From: Chrysomallon squamiferum
Taxonomy: Eukaryota > Animalia > Mollusca
Assembly (NCBI GenBank): GCA_012295275.1
Contig: CM022674.1
Span: 12,710,001-12,774,000 of the forward strand
DNA: 64,000 nt
Direction of reading: 5' to 3'
Shown here: one piece after another, positions 29,003 through 41,469 of the stretch
Numbering within the stretch: the stretch's first letter is position 1
Layout of the letters: every line of letters begins with the position of its first letter
The notes under the pieces: model-generated
What the model saw: the letters and a program-made list of their open reading frames with translations, nothing else
Told to the model about the DNA's origin: nothing
Databases searched by the model: none
Made by a program: the position numbers and the translations under genes

Positions 29003-30985
29003 CTTTGTGTGGATGGGGGTGATTCATATCGCTGTATTTTATCTTCTTTTATTTTATTTTTTATTTTATTTATTTATTTTTTTTTATTTTGTTTTGTTTT
29101 ATTTATTTATTTATTTATTTATTCCTCTTTAAGAATATCTGAGCAAAAGGTGTAAATAATTTATAAAAATTCTGTTGTACATAATTTAAGTAAGATAATT
29201 TTACTCATTTTTTTTGTTGCTATTAATTATTACTGTATTGTTACTTTTGTTATTACTGATAATTATTTTTGCTGTTGTTGTTATTAGTATTATACAAATA
29301 GGATAGTTATCTGATAAATATATTTTACATTTGAAGAGTTTTTAAAATATTTGTTGCTTTCTCATGAAGAGTTTTGCAGGTAAAGGGAGATAACTAAATA
29401 CATTTTTAAAATGTTTTAATTTAATATTCCTTTTTTTTAAGGACTTGTTCATATTATGTACATTTTGAGTAAAATGTAAATCAATTTTATGTTAATTGTT
29501 TAGTACTGATAAGTTTAAAACAACAACAGCAAACAAAAATAATAATTTAAAAAGTAAAAAGTAAAAGTAAATAAATGAAAATAAAAACAAAATTTTAATA
29601 ATTAACCTACCCTTGAAATAATCTAAAAACTACTGAACTGCTTAAACAAAAAAACAGAATTAAATATAACAATGAGAACAAAGCAAAATTAACAATAACA
29701 AAATTAATGATATAATAATAATAATATAAACATAGAAAAGAAGATATGCTAATAATGACCTGATCTGACACATTCATGTACATAAGGATTCTAAATCTTA
29801 ATATAAATGATTACAATGATAATGATAATTTACTGTAATAAGGTGAAAATATTTCTATCTCAAGAGACCTGTACAGAAAATCCAGTTCACTTTATATTTA
29901 TATTGACTAGTCAGCTATTTAAAGCTGATAGATTGTTTCACAAATAAAAGAATGAAAGCAAAGTTTTGATAATATACTTATTCCTTATATTACTAACAAG
30001 TTGTAAAGATTCAGATGTAACATCTTTGTAAACGAAATCTGAGAGTAAAAGCTGATAACATCTTTTAGCAGACTATTTTCACCAACCATCAACAAAACAT
30101 ATATTTATTTATTTCACTGAGTAATGAGAATTGATTGAATGGGAAGTTTACTTAATACACAAATATGTCTTTATGTATGCATGTATGTATGTATGTGTGT
30201 GGGTGGGTGAGTGTAATGCTGTATTGCATTATGTATATAATGTATGTATGTACACCAAATTGATTAAATAATTGTTTTAAGGAAACTAAAATAGGAAATG
30301 ACAAATTGATGATGCTTTGTGATATATTAGTTTATAGTGTGATGAGATGTTTTACAAATCTTTGTTACTAAATAAGTGACTAAAGAAAATGCTGAATGAA
30401 AAATATTCAAATTGACCCTGATTAACAGTGATAACCCAGAGGTCATTGTTACTAAGTAGGTCAATTACATTCACAAATTTTTGAAATGTTTATCTAGACA
30501 GTGTTCAATTCAAAAATATTTGTTCTACTAATTGGAGTTATTTCCCTTACTCCACACAGAACAACAACAACAGTAATCTTTGTTCTCAGCTCAATCTGAC
30601 ACCGTTCTGACCCTTCCATTCCACTGGGTATTAATAGCACTGTATTAAAGCACCAGTTTTTATCACTCAGGTTTTCATGTGTTTTGTTTACATGTCAGAT
30701 ACGAAACTGTGGCTCTCTGACCCCTTCGACGGCTTTACCTGCTTAACTCTGGCTGCCATGTTGTGTGTGCTGCAGACATCACAATAAGTCTGTGCTGCCG
30801 AGCTTTGTGAGTGGAAAGGAACATTTCTTTGTTTACTGTGAATCACTGAATTACCTCCTCCAACAGCTGAACTCTTCTGAGTGGGAGGAAGGGATGAAAA
30901 AAGCAGGGAAAGTGGTGATTTCTCTCTGCCTAGACTTCCACTCCTGACTGAGATGACCTTGACATTGGCCTCAAACTGTTTACAG

Positions 30986-31081
30986 TGGTCTGGCACACTG
31001 AGATGAGTTCAGAATTGAGCGAGAAGGAAAAAAGAAATCTTCACCGTGCTGGCACGTCATCATCTTCATCGTCATCGTCGT
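30986..31081 (+). CDS. Candidate alternative (cassette or first coding) exon of RERE
   Basis: Acceptor ctgtttacag|TG and weak donor CGT|gtaggt. 96 nt, phase 1-1, and stop-free in the RERE frame: xVWHTEMSSELSEKEKRNLHRAGTSSSSSSSS(Y). No homology support. Confidence 0.3.
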
Positions 31082-31329
31082 GTAGGTTTTTTTCACTGTT
31101 TGTTCTCAAGTGTTTTTTGTGTTTTTGTGTGGATTTTGTACACCTCCATGTTCCTTGCTTGGTGGATTACTGAGCTGAGTGTCTGATGCTGTCTGCCCTG
31201 TCATTCACTCACACCTTCATTGTCTTGTCTTAATGTAGCTGACCCAGATGTGTTCTCATCTCCGAACAACTTGTTTTAGTCACTACATAACGTATTCACA
31301 TTGGTTTGTGTATAAAATATTTACTGCAG

Positions 31330-31730
31330 TCATTTACTGCAGAACTGACTAATGATTTCTAGATAACTTACTTGTATAGGTTACTATATAACTTGTGTTG
31401 ATTACTTGTATAACTTGTTTTCTATTTGACTAATGCTAGTTACTAAATAGTTACTATTTGATTGATGTTGGTTATTATATACCTTGTTTTTATTGGTTTC
31501 TATACAACTTGTTTCCTATTTGAGTAATTTTGTTTACTACATATTCACTATGAGCAATTTTGGCTACTACATACTCACTATGAGTAATTTTGGTTACTAC
31601 ATATTTACTATTTGAGTAATTCTGGTTATTAGATAATTCACTGATTATTTAAGTAATATAGGTTAGGACATGTTCACTATTTCAGTAATTTATTTCCTAT
31701 TTGCCTAAAGTCGGTTACTACATAACCTAT
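31330..31730. repeat. Degenerate array, unit about 30 bp
   Basis: Recurring gagtaattttggttactacata.tcactat. Confidence 0.7.
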
Positions 31731-32127
31731 ATACTATCAGGCTCAGTGTTGATAACTAGATAAACAGCTTAATACGTGATAATGATATATTTGCAATACT
31801 GTACCACTGTCTGTGTGATATATTGATATATGTATATACGTTTACAGTTTTGTTGTTACTGTTCACGTCCTCACCAATGGCTGAAGAAACGTGTGCTGTA
31901 TTTATTTGTGTTATTCAGTGAGACTGTTTGGTAAAAGCAAACAGGACTTGTTGTTAACTGCTGTAACTGGAGGCGAGGTTTGATTTGAGGTGAAAGTGCT
32001 GATAGATGACTGACTGTGTTGTCTCCAGGCTATGCTAGACCATTACAATGAATAAATAAATGTTCTGTGTGTGTATTTATAAATCTTACACTACCTACAG
32101 ATGTCTGTCTTTCTCTCCTTTTCTTCT

Positions 32128-32208
<81 letters not shown>

Positions 32209-32999
32209 TTCATTTAGGTACTATTTTCATCTTCATAACAGAAATATATATCTAGTTCAATATTGGGATCATGGTAGCATTATACACATTTAATATATAT
32301 ATATATAAAAATTAGGTATTACATATACTTAAAAATGTTTAATGAATGATAAATTCAGTGTTACATATATTTTGTGCATGCATTCAGTCTAATAGAATTT
32401 TCTATGTAAGTATGCAAACTATTTAATATAATTTTTACTAAATGATAAATTCTCCATTTCATATTCTTAATATATAAATTCAACTGTACATAACATATTT
32501 AATATATTTTTAAAGAATGATAAATTCAGGACTATATGTACTAAACACATTAAATTCAGTGTATCACATTTTTGTACTAAATTGTATGTAAGATACTTAA
32601 TATACCTTTAACGTGCAATAAATTCAGTATCTGACTCCATTTAATACTTCAGTAAACAACATCCAAGACTAATGAACAAAAAAAATCTTTAAATCTTACT
32701 ACTGTTATTTGTTATCTCAGTTGTCTGTAGACAACCGGGAACAGAAAAGAGTAAATCCTTTCTTTGTATGCAACTGAGAGAGAATAATGAGAAGGAAAAA
32801 ATCAATTGGGATCAAGTGATTATTTGTAAAAGCTGAGATTTCCTTTATTTATTATTTTAGATATTTTTTTTTTTTGTATCTGTAGAATGTTGGTGACAAG
32901 ATTAAGAAACTTTTATGTGAAAAGAAATATCAGTGTATTTGACTCGTCAATCAGAATGATTCTTTTTATAAATCAGTTGTATTACGAGTTGTGTTAATT

Positions 33000-34200
33000 T
33001 TAATGGGTTAGATTGGGAAATAATTTTCTGACTAATTGAAAATTAGCTCATTATAATAATAATACTAAGATAGAATCAGAAATACTGTTTTGTTTACAAT
33101 CTGAAAATTGTACTCATTACTATAAATATAATTATAGATTGGATTGGGAAAAAACTTGTGAACTAAGTTATATCGATATTAATAATGAATAAGATTGGGA
33201 AATAATACTTACTGAAAATTGTATTGACTAGTAAGTATAATTATGGGTTGGATTGGAAACTAATTATTCTGAAAATTAAATTAGAATTGTGTGGAAAATA
33301 TAATAATAATGGTTAGATCTGGAAATTATATTTTGACTACTAAAAGAATTGTGTAGAGGGTTCAATAATGGGTTATTTTTTTACTAGTTATTGAAAAACA
33401 ATATTGTCATGTATGTAATAACAGTTTGAATTCAGATATTTTATTCTAATCACCAAATCAAAGTAGTATTCATGAACTATAATAATTGGTTAGTTTGGAA
33501 AATAATATTCTAATTAATAAATGAATATTGTATTTAGTAACAAATGAAACAATGGGTGACTATATTAGGAAATTATTTTTTGATAATAACAGAAAATTAC
33601 TAGACAATTACAAAAACAAGAGTAGATTGGGAAATTATACTTTGACTACAAATCAGAATTGTGTTAACAAATGTCATAATCAGATATATCAGAGAGTTAT
33701 GACCATTATCTTACAAAATAAAAACTACTGACAAAATTTTTTTACACTGGTAAATGTTGTTTTTATTCAGTGAATCAATATTTTATTGATAAAATTAAGG
33801 GTTAGATTGGGATATACATTTTGTTATTTTACTAAATCAAAATTGTATTGACAGTTATAATTACGTTAGATTAGGAAATTCTGTTTTTATTCCACTAGAT
33901 AAGAATTGCAAAACAAATATAATTATTAGTTAGATTGGTAAATAATGTTCTTGTTCTGCTGAATCAGAATTATATTGATGAATATAAATTTTAATTTAAA
34001 TTAGGATATACTGTTTTGTGCTTGAATCAGAACTCTTTTGATACAGAAATTACAAGTAAGACTGGGAAATACTGTTCTTGTAAATTGCATTTACAAAAAT
34101 AAGTATAGGTTAGATTGGGAAATGCAGTTATTTTTACTAAATCAGAATCGTGTTGATGAATATAACGATTGGCTAGACTGAGAAGTTTTTTGTCTGAATC
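33000..34200. repeat. Degenerate array, unit about 55-65 bp
   Basis: Recurring gttagattgggaaata...tactaaatcagaattgtattga. Confidence 0.75.
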
Positions 34201-34760
34201 ACAGAGCTATTATTTTTTGAGTGGAGCTGAGTACCACTTACTACAAAGCTGAACTTTACAACATCAGTAATATCATTTAGAAAAGACTTTTATGTTCATC
34301 GGTTGTTTGGAAACTAGTACAACATATTTGAACAGTAATTTAGAAACTATTATATTTATCACAGGAGTCGATATATTTAGAAACACAGATTAAAAATTGG
34401 AGTTTATTTTAAAGTTGTTTAGAAAACATTATGTTAATGTTTAGAAAGTATTATTTTTTATTATACATAAGGAAGTTGTTTGGAAAACATTATTTTATTA
34501 TAAGAGGCTTAAATATAACTGGAACCATTTAATGTACAATAGAATTGATTACTTAAAAATAAAATAATAGAAGTCTATATTTATTTTAATATTTTTTTTT
34601 TTTTAAACTATTAAATTTATTACAGACTTGATATTGTAAAAAAATCTTTAGAAACTATTTTATTTGTTTATTACTACTACTACTACTACTACTACTACTG
34701 TTATTGTTATTATTATTATTATTTTTTTTAAAACTGAAGATATGTATTCAAACTTATCAA

Positions 34761-34854
34761 TTAGCAATAAAGATACCTTTTATATGCACCTTCCCTAACA
34801 CTGGAAAACAAATCAGTAATGAGCCATTGTCTAGAATGTGAAATAGCCCAATGG
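34761..34854 (-). mobile_element. Decayed SINE-like interspersed repeat fragment
   Basis: Its reverse complement (gaaggtgcatataaaaggtatctttattgctaa) aligns with 49311-49343 (gaaggtgtatgcaaaagatgcttaactgctaa). From memory it resembles an abundant gastropod repeat; not verified. Confidence 0.45.
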
Positions 34855-35028
34855 ATTTGAAAAGTTTTTTGAAATTTGTGTAATTTTATCTGGGAATGAA
34901 AACAAAAAAAAAATAGTTTTGCATCTCATTATAATTTAATATTTGTTTATTTATTTATTTATTTGTTTATTTATTTATTTGTTTATTTGTTTGTTTATTT
35001 GTTTATTTGTTTGTTTGTTTGTTTACAG

Positions 35029-35125
35029 ATTCAGGGAAGGAGTCGAGTAGCAAGCAGTCTCTTGTACGCTCCCGTGAGTTGTTTACATCTGATGCCACAG
35101 ACACGTACCCAGTGAGCGCGCTCAG
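35029..35125 (+). CDS. RERE: RERE/atrophin-2-like coding exon A (BAH domain), 97 nt, phase 1 to phase 2
   Basis: Acceptor gtttgtttacag|AT and donor CAG|gtgagt. Translates xSGKESSSKQSLVRSRELFTSDATDTYPVSAL(R), matching the RERE BAH motif RELF.SD..DTY...ALRGKC. The trailing AG joins the A of the next exon to give Arg. Not in the supplied ORF track; found by reading. Confidence 0.93.
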
Positions 35126-36794
35126 GTGAGTTTTACTCAAAACAGTTCACGTTTTAAAACCTGACTTCATCTTCTCACTGATGAAGGAGCCTGTCTGGAA
35201 CGGGAAATTAAAAGTGATTAAAAACAGTTGGAAATAGATTTAGTCTGTACCAAAAGTGTTGTTGTTGTTGTTGTTATTTATACTTGTTTATTTTAATGTG
35301 TAGATGATGATGACAACAACAACAACAATAATAATAATAAAATAAAAACAAATCTACATTATTTCTTTTATCAACTCGGAGACCAAAAATTAAAAGTTTG
35401 TATTAAATAACAGAAGATAAAGAAAAAGGTTGTATTTTACATAACTCAAAAAAAACCCACCCAAAAATCCAAACAAAAAACTCAGACATTTTCAAGCTAT
35501 GATTGTACTAAAATACCATGAGTCTTATTTAGTAATAAAAATACCATCAAAATGTTGTCAAATTATCCAAAATGTGATATGTCGGAATAATAATAAATAT
35601 AACATGACTAAATAAGTAAAATAATGAAAATATCCAAGTGACTGTCAAAATACCAATAATGTGAAATCAGTATACCATAAACATATTACATATCTTGTTG
35701 GAATGCCATATAAATAGCATAAATAATGAAACATTACATGGCATCAAAAATCCTATGTAAATGTATTTGCAGTATCAGATTATAAACAGCATATGACAAG
35801 ATACCTTAAATATGAAGAGAAAATACCACATGTATCACATGTTCAAATATCATATGTCTTTTGCCAAAATAATACAAATGTCATGTGAAAAAAACAAATT
35901 CCGTACATAAATCATGGGTCTAAATATCATTAATATACATCAAACATTTGATTTCATGTTGGAAATAAAAAAAGAAAAAAAAGAAAATGTGAAAATAAAA
36001 TATATCAAAATACAATAAATATAACCTGTCGAAACTTCATAAATATTATGTGTCACGGTTTTTGTAAAAAGATTGAATCTATTCATTACTTACTTACAGT
36101 TAAAAGTGAACATCTTAGTACTAGAAAGCTGAAAGAAAATCTATGTTTAAAAAAAAGTTTAGAATTTAATTACTGGGTTCCCCAAGTAAAAAGATACAAA
36201 CATGATACAATATGTTAATGACTTCAGTGTATTAAGGTAGATACAAACATGATACAACAATATGTTAATGAGTTTAGTGTATTAAGGTAGATACAAACAT
36301 GATACAACAATATGTTAATGATCTGGGTGTTAAGTACATACAGATCATTAACTATGCAAGGCAAGTGGAATATACATCAATCATTAATGTTCTTTTTATT
36401 ATTATTATTATTATTATTTATTTGTTTGTTTTATTTTTATTATTATTATTATTAATTTTTTGGGGGGCTTTATTACATATTTGATTTTCATTTTAACATA
36501 TATTAATATTATTGTTTGCTTTGTTGATATTGCTGTTCCTTGTTCTTATTTTATTATAATCATCATCATGGTATTATTTTTGTTGTTTTTGTTGTTGTTA
36601 GCATTCCATCTAGGCTTTAGTTGACAAATTCTGTTGTGAAAGAAATATTATGTTTTCTTTCTTTCTTTCTTTCTGTTTCATTTGTTTACTAGTATTTTTT
36701 TTTTTTATTTACTTACTTAATTACTTAAATGAACAATTTTTAAAAATATTTACTTATTAAGTTACTTCCTGCCTGCCTGAACTAATCAATTAAC

Positions 36795-36829
<35 letters not shown>

Positions 36830-38659
36830 CTCAGATGTATAATGTTTAACAGTATATTTTGGTTCAATAGATTTCTGTTTGACACACAAAGCAGACAGTT
36901 CAAAACTTATTTTTATTGGTTGTTTGGAAGTTATTTTAACATATTTGAACAGTAATTTAGAAACTATTATATTTACAAAAAAGTCTATATATTTTGGAAA
37001 GTTGTTTAGAAAGTATCACCATATTTAGAAATTCTGAATAAAATGGGAATATATTTTGAAAGTTCTTTAGAAAGTATCAGCACCTTTAGAATTTCTGATT
37101 AAAGTAGGAATATGTTTGGAAAATTGTTTAAAAATATTAAACATATTTTGAAATTCTGATTAAAATTGGAATGTATTTGGAATATTGTTTAGAAAGTATC
37201 ACCATAGTATGATATTTACAAATTCTGATTAAATGTGAATATATTTGGAAAGTTGATTAGAAAGTATTAAACTAATGTTGATCTTTATTAGTAAACAGAG
37301 AAGATGTTTGGAAAACATTATTTTATTAACAGACATTGAACAATAATTTAGAGTTCATGAATAAACATTACCACGATACATTTTTTTTTTTTTTTTTTTT
37401 TTTTTAAACAAGAAGTCATTAATCATGTTCACAAATGTTAGTGACAAGATTATTATTATTTCTTTTTTATTATTATTATTTTTACTTGGTCATGCACCAG
37501 CTGTCAATAACAGTGATACTTGAATATCTCGTAATCCATAAAAATAAATTACAAGCGTTATTAGTGTGAGTTGATGGGGAAAATCTACATCCTCATGTTT
37601 CACTGAAATATGGATGTGTGGTCAAGATGGTTTTCTAGTTTGATTTGTTTATAAAACCTTTTCGATCCTGTACTGAAAAACTATAGTCAGAGAAGTAGAT
37701 GTAGTGTTGACTTGGTGCTTTCTCTTTTTTGTCAAAATGTTTTTTTGAATGTGTCAAAGTTACGGTTAAACAAATTTTGGTTTTTAATTTTTTAATTTTT
37801 TTTTATTCAGATACGAATGTTTATAATTTGTATGTTACACATCAGAAACAATTGGGAATGTGTTTATTAATTTTAGAAACGGAAAATAAAAATAATTTGT
37901 CTGTCTGTCTGTCTGTCTGTTTCTAAAGATCTAACCACATTTATGTAATCATTGGATTAAGAAAAAGACATTTAGATAATTTATATGTTTTATCTCTTCA
38001 TGTAGCTTTCCAGCACAGTTTAAAAAAAAACGAAAAAAAAGAAATTATTACCAAAACTGATATAAAATTTATAAAAAATTACACATGATAAAAAATTTTA
38101 AATTTATAAATAAAAATGTGTATATTATTACACAACTTAAAAAGCAGCGTATTGGGAATATGTCAGTTTTAATGATTTCCTTCAACCTTACTGAAACTTG
38201 TGAAAAATTTAATTTCTTATTTTTATACAGGTATTACTGGGGAAACCAGAATTGAATTTTTCTGTCTTATTAATTTATTTATTTTTATTTATTATTATTA
38301 TTTTTTTATATAAAAGAAAAAAGAATTTGTCAGATTTAGCAGGAAATAGATTTTTTTTTATAGAAAAACAAAAAACTAATATTTTAATAATAATAGCTGA
38401 TGTGTTTTAAATATTCTTCCCAGACTTTGCATCTCTCTGGGTGATGATCTGGTCTAAATGCTACAAAACTTTAAAACAATTTTTTTTTATATATAATAGC
38501 ATAGGCATGATAGTGTTTTAAGAGCTGTTGTTTTAATGTTGTTGTTTTTTTGATATAATAGATGTTGTGTTTTAATGGGTTTTTGTTTTGATTATATACA
38601 TTAGCATGATGATTGTTATTTATGTGTAGTTGTGTTTTAAAGTGTTGTTTTGTTTACAG

Positions 38660-38813
38660 AGGTAAGTGTCAAGTGTTGCACTATCAGGAAATCGAAGCAG
38701 CCAAAGATTTCACTCCGAATCGAGATTCGTTCTTCTACGTTCTTGGTTATAATCCTGAAACTAAAAGGCTGGCGACAACGCAGGGCGAAATTCGGGTTGG
38801 TGCGAGCCATCAG
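38660..38813 (+). CDS. RERE: RERE coding exon B (BAH C-terminus and ELM2 start), 154 nt
   Basis: Acceptor tgtttacag|A and donor CAG|gtgagt. Encodes [70 protein letters not shown] is the RERE form of the BAH-ELM2 junction rather than the MTA form. Confidence 0.97.
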
Positions 38814-39097
38814 GTGAGTGTCTGTCTGTGTGTCTGTGTGTGTGTCTGTGTGTGTCTGTGTGTGTGTCTGTGTGTCTGTGTGCATATGTGAAACTAAGAG
38901 TCAATGAAAAAATGAGTGAGAGTGAATGAGAAACAGAGAATAAGTGTATGCATGCTTGTTTATGAATGGGTGTGAGAAAGAGAAAAGGAATGAGTGAGGG
39001 AGAATGTATCAGAGAAGGAGAGAGAGAAAGAGAGAATGAATGAGAGTGTGTATGTGTCTGTAGGTGTGAGTGTGTGAGAGAGGTATGTGTCTCTCTC

Positions 39098-39155
<58 letters not shown>

Positions 39156-39356
39156 GTATGTATGTATGTGTGTGCGCATACATATATATATATATACAGA
39201 GAGAAAGAATGTGTGTGTGTTTGTGTAGACAGAGAGAAGGAGATAGACAATGTGTCTGTGTGTGTGTGTGTGTGTGTGTGAGAGTGATTAAGTATGATGA
39301 TATATGCATGCCTATGTGTTTGACTATGATGTAAAATCTTGTTGTTTAATTTGCAG

Positions 39357-39490
39357 GCTCGGCTGCCCGAATACAAGCCCAATGTTGGACCCACTCAGAT
39401 GCCGGAGACGTGCGCCAAACACGAAGACCTCAAGTGGCAGCCGCAGAGTGTCATGGACGAGGACCTCGTCATGTTCCTCAGAGCCGCAAG
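39357..39490 (+). CDS. RERE: RERE coding exon C (ELM2), 134 nt
   Basis: Acceptor tttaatttgcag|G and donor AAG|gtgcgt. Encodes ARLPEYKPNVGPTQMPETCAKHEDLKWQPQSVMDEDLVMFLRAA(R). GC-rich against an AT-rich background and in frame with both neighbours. Confidence 0.96.
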
Positions 39491-39649
39491 GTGCGTGACA
39501 GCATTTCACTGCTGTTGTTGTTGTCATGTGTGTGTGTGAGTGTGTCAGTGTGTCGTCTTGAAAAATATACACGTATATTTACAGAGAGAGAAAGTGAGAG
39601 AGACAGTATATGAATCTGCATGTAATGTATTTTTGTTTCTCTGTGCCTG

Positions 39650-39728
<79 letters not shown>

Positions 39729-39899
39729 AAGAAATGAGTAAATAATATTGAACATATTGTGTTTTTGTAAGAAAATAATTATGTGAGTGACTGGTGTGTA
39801 TTCTTACTTTCTGTTAAATAAAGTAAAGTTACTTTGGAAATTTAGTATTATTTATTCTTTCTTTCCATCTTATTTTAATTTCATACTATTTATTTATTC

Positions 39900-40189
39900 A
39901 TGTGTGTATTTATGTGTGTATTTGTGTATTTATGTGTATGTGTGTATTTGTGTATTTATGTGTGTGTGTGTATTTGTGTATTTATGTGTGTATATATTTG
40001 TGTGTGTGTATTTGTGTATTTATGTGTGTATTTATGTGTGTGTGTATTTATATATTTATGTGTGTGTATGTGTGTATTTGTGTGTGTATATATCTGTATG
40101 TGTATGTGTGTATTTATGTATTTGTGTATTTATGTGTTTATTTATGTATGTGTGTATTTATGTGTGTATTTATGTGTGTGTATTTGTAG
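39900..40189. repeat. (TG/TATT)n compound microsatellite abutting the exon D acceptor
   Basis: tgtgtgtattta-type units run right up to the AG. Confidence 0.9.
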
Positions 40190-40289
40190 GAGTATTGCTG
40201 CGTTTGCTGGGATGTGTGACGAGGGATCCACTGAGGCTGGGTGTCAGGCAGCATCCATGGACGACACCACCATGAACGCCATGGACATC
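40190..40289 (+). CDS. RERE: RERE coding exon D (ELM2), 100 nt
   Basis: Acceptor tatttgtag|G and donor ATC|gtgagt. Encodes [33 protein letters not shown], matching [26 protein letters not shown]. Confidence 0.97.
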
Positions 40290-40469
40290 GTGAGTTTCTT
40301 TTTAAACTGATTTAAATGTGTGTGTGTGTGTGTGTCTCTGTGTGTGTGCGTGAGTGTGTCTGTGTGTGTCTGTGTCTGTGTGTGTGTCTGTGTATGTGTG
40401 TGTATGTCTGTGATTGTGTGTGTATGTCTGTGATAGTGTGTGTCTGTGATTGTGTGTCTGTGTCTGATT

Positions 40470-40508
<39 letters not shown>

Positions 40509-41469
40509 TGTGTGTGTATGTGTGTGTCTGTATGTGTGTGAGTGTGAGTGTGTGTGCACATTGATTATTATTTTTTTCAATTAATTACTTTGCAGCTTAC
40601 TCACTCTAAATAATTAGTAAAAAAAACCTCTACACTATATAAATAAACCTCATTAATGTAATACAGTACAGTACAGTGCATTAAGTTTGTATTATTATAT
40701 TAATTATATTATTTTATTCCATTACATTACATTATTTAATCTGTATCATATAATATTAATATATCATGTTACATTATATTCTTTTATTATATACACTATT
40801 ATAATATATTATATATTGTAACATATTGCATTATATTGTAATTTATAACACATCACAATATAACTGTTTCATTTACACACACACAGACATATATATCTTA
40901 CATATACATCTACATATAGGGCCTACATACATGTGCCACACATACATACAAGGATATAGGCAAGCACAGCTACACACACACAATATCTGGCAGTGTGAAG
41001 CAGGCTAATTGTTGCAAGAGAACCTCTCTGTTGTGCCTATCTGTTTAACGCTCGTGTTTTCCTTCCTTTGAGAGAAAACAAATCTGTTGATAGGAGAGGC
41101 AGATAGTGTTGAAATGATAGGAGAAAAACCTTTTCAGAACTTTCCTGTGAAAACACTCTGGGCCACTGACCCACTTCCTGTTTTCCCCATCTGTTCAACA
41201 GAGGTTGGGGCCCTATTCGGGTGGCGGAAATGCAACGGCATTGTAACAGTTCTGGTTTAGTCATTTTTGTGTCCCTGACGGTGCCTCTTGTCTGTGGTGG
41301 CCACACATGGAGGGGGTAAATTGCATTCATAGCCTTTAATATGTTAGCTGAGTCAACCAGCTGCATAATTAGTTTACCTGTCTGTCTGTCTGTCTGTTTG
41401 TCTGAGCTGTCTGCTGAGACCAGTTTTGTACTGAATCAGTGTTTAACTGATGCTGAAATGAAGTTTAAT

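Noticed and set aside
39074-39737. RERERE-containing ORFs as the Arg-Glu dipeptide repeats of RERE
   Set aside because: They come from intronic (GA)n runs either side of exon C, lack splice sites, and the true RE repeats are C-terminal and outside the window.
41037-41366. 109-aa minus-strand ORF, and similar ORFs at 30688-30996, 44287-44505 and 53698-53946
   Set aside because: No recognisable domain or splice context. They are consistent with chance ORFs in GC-richer islands.
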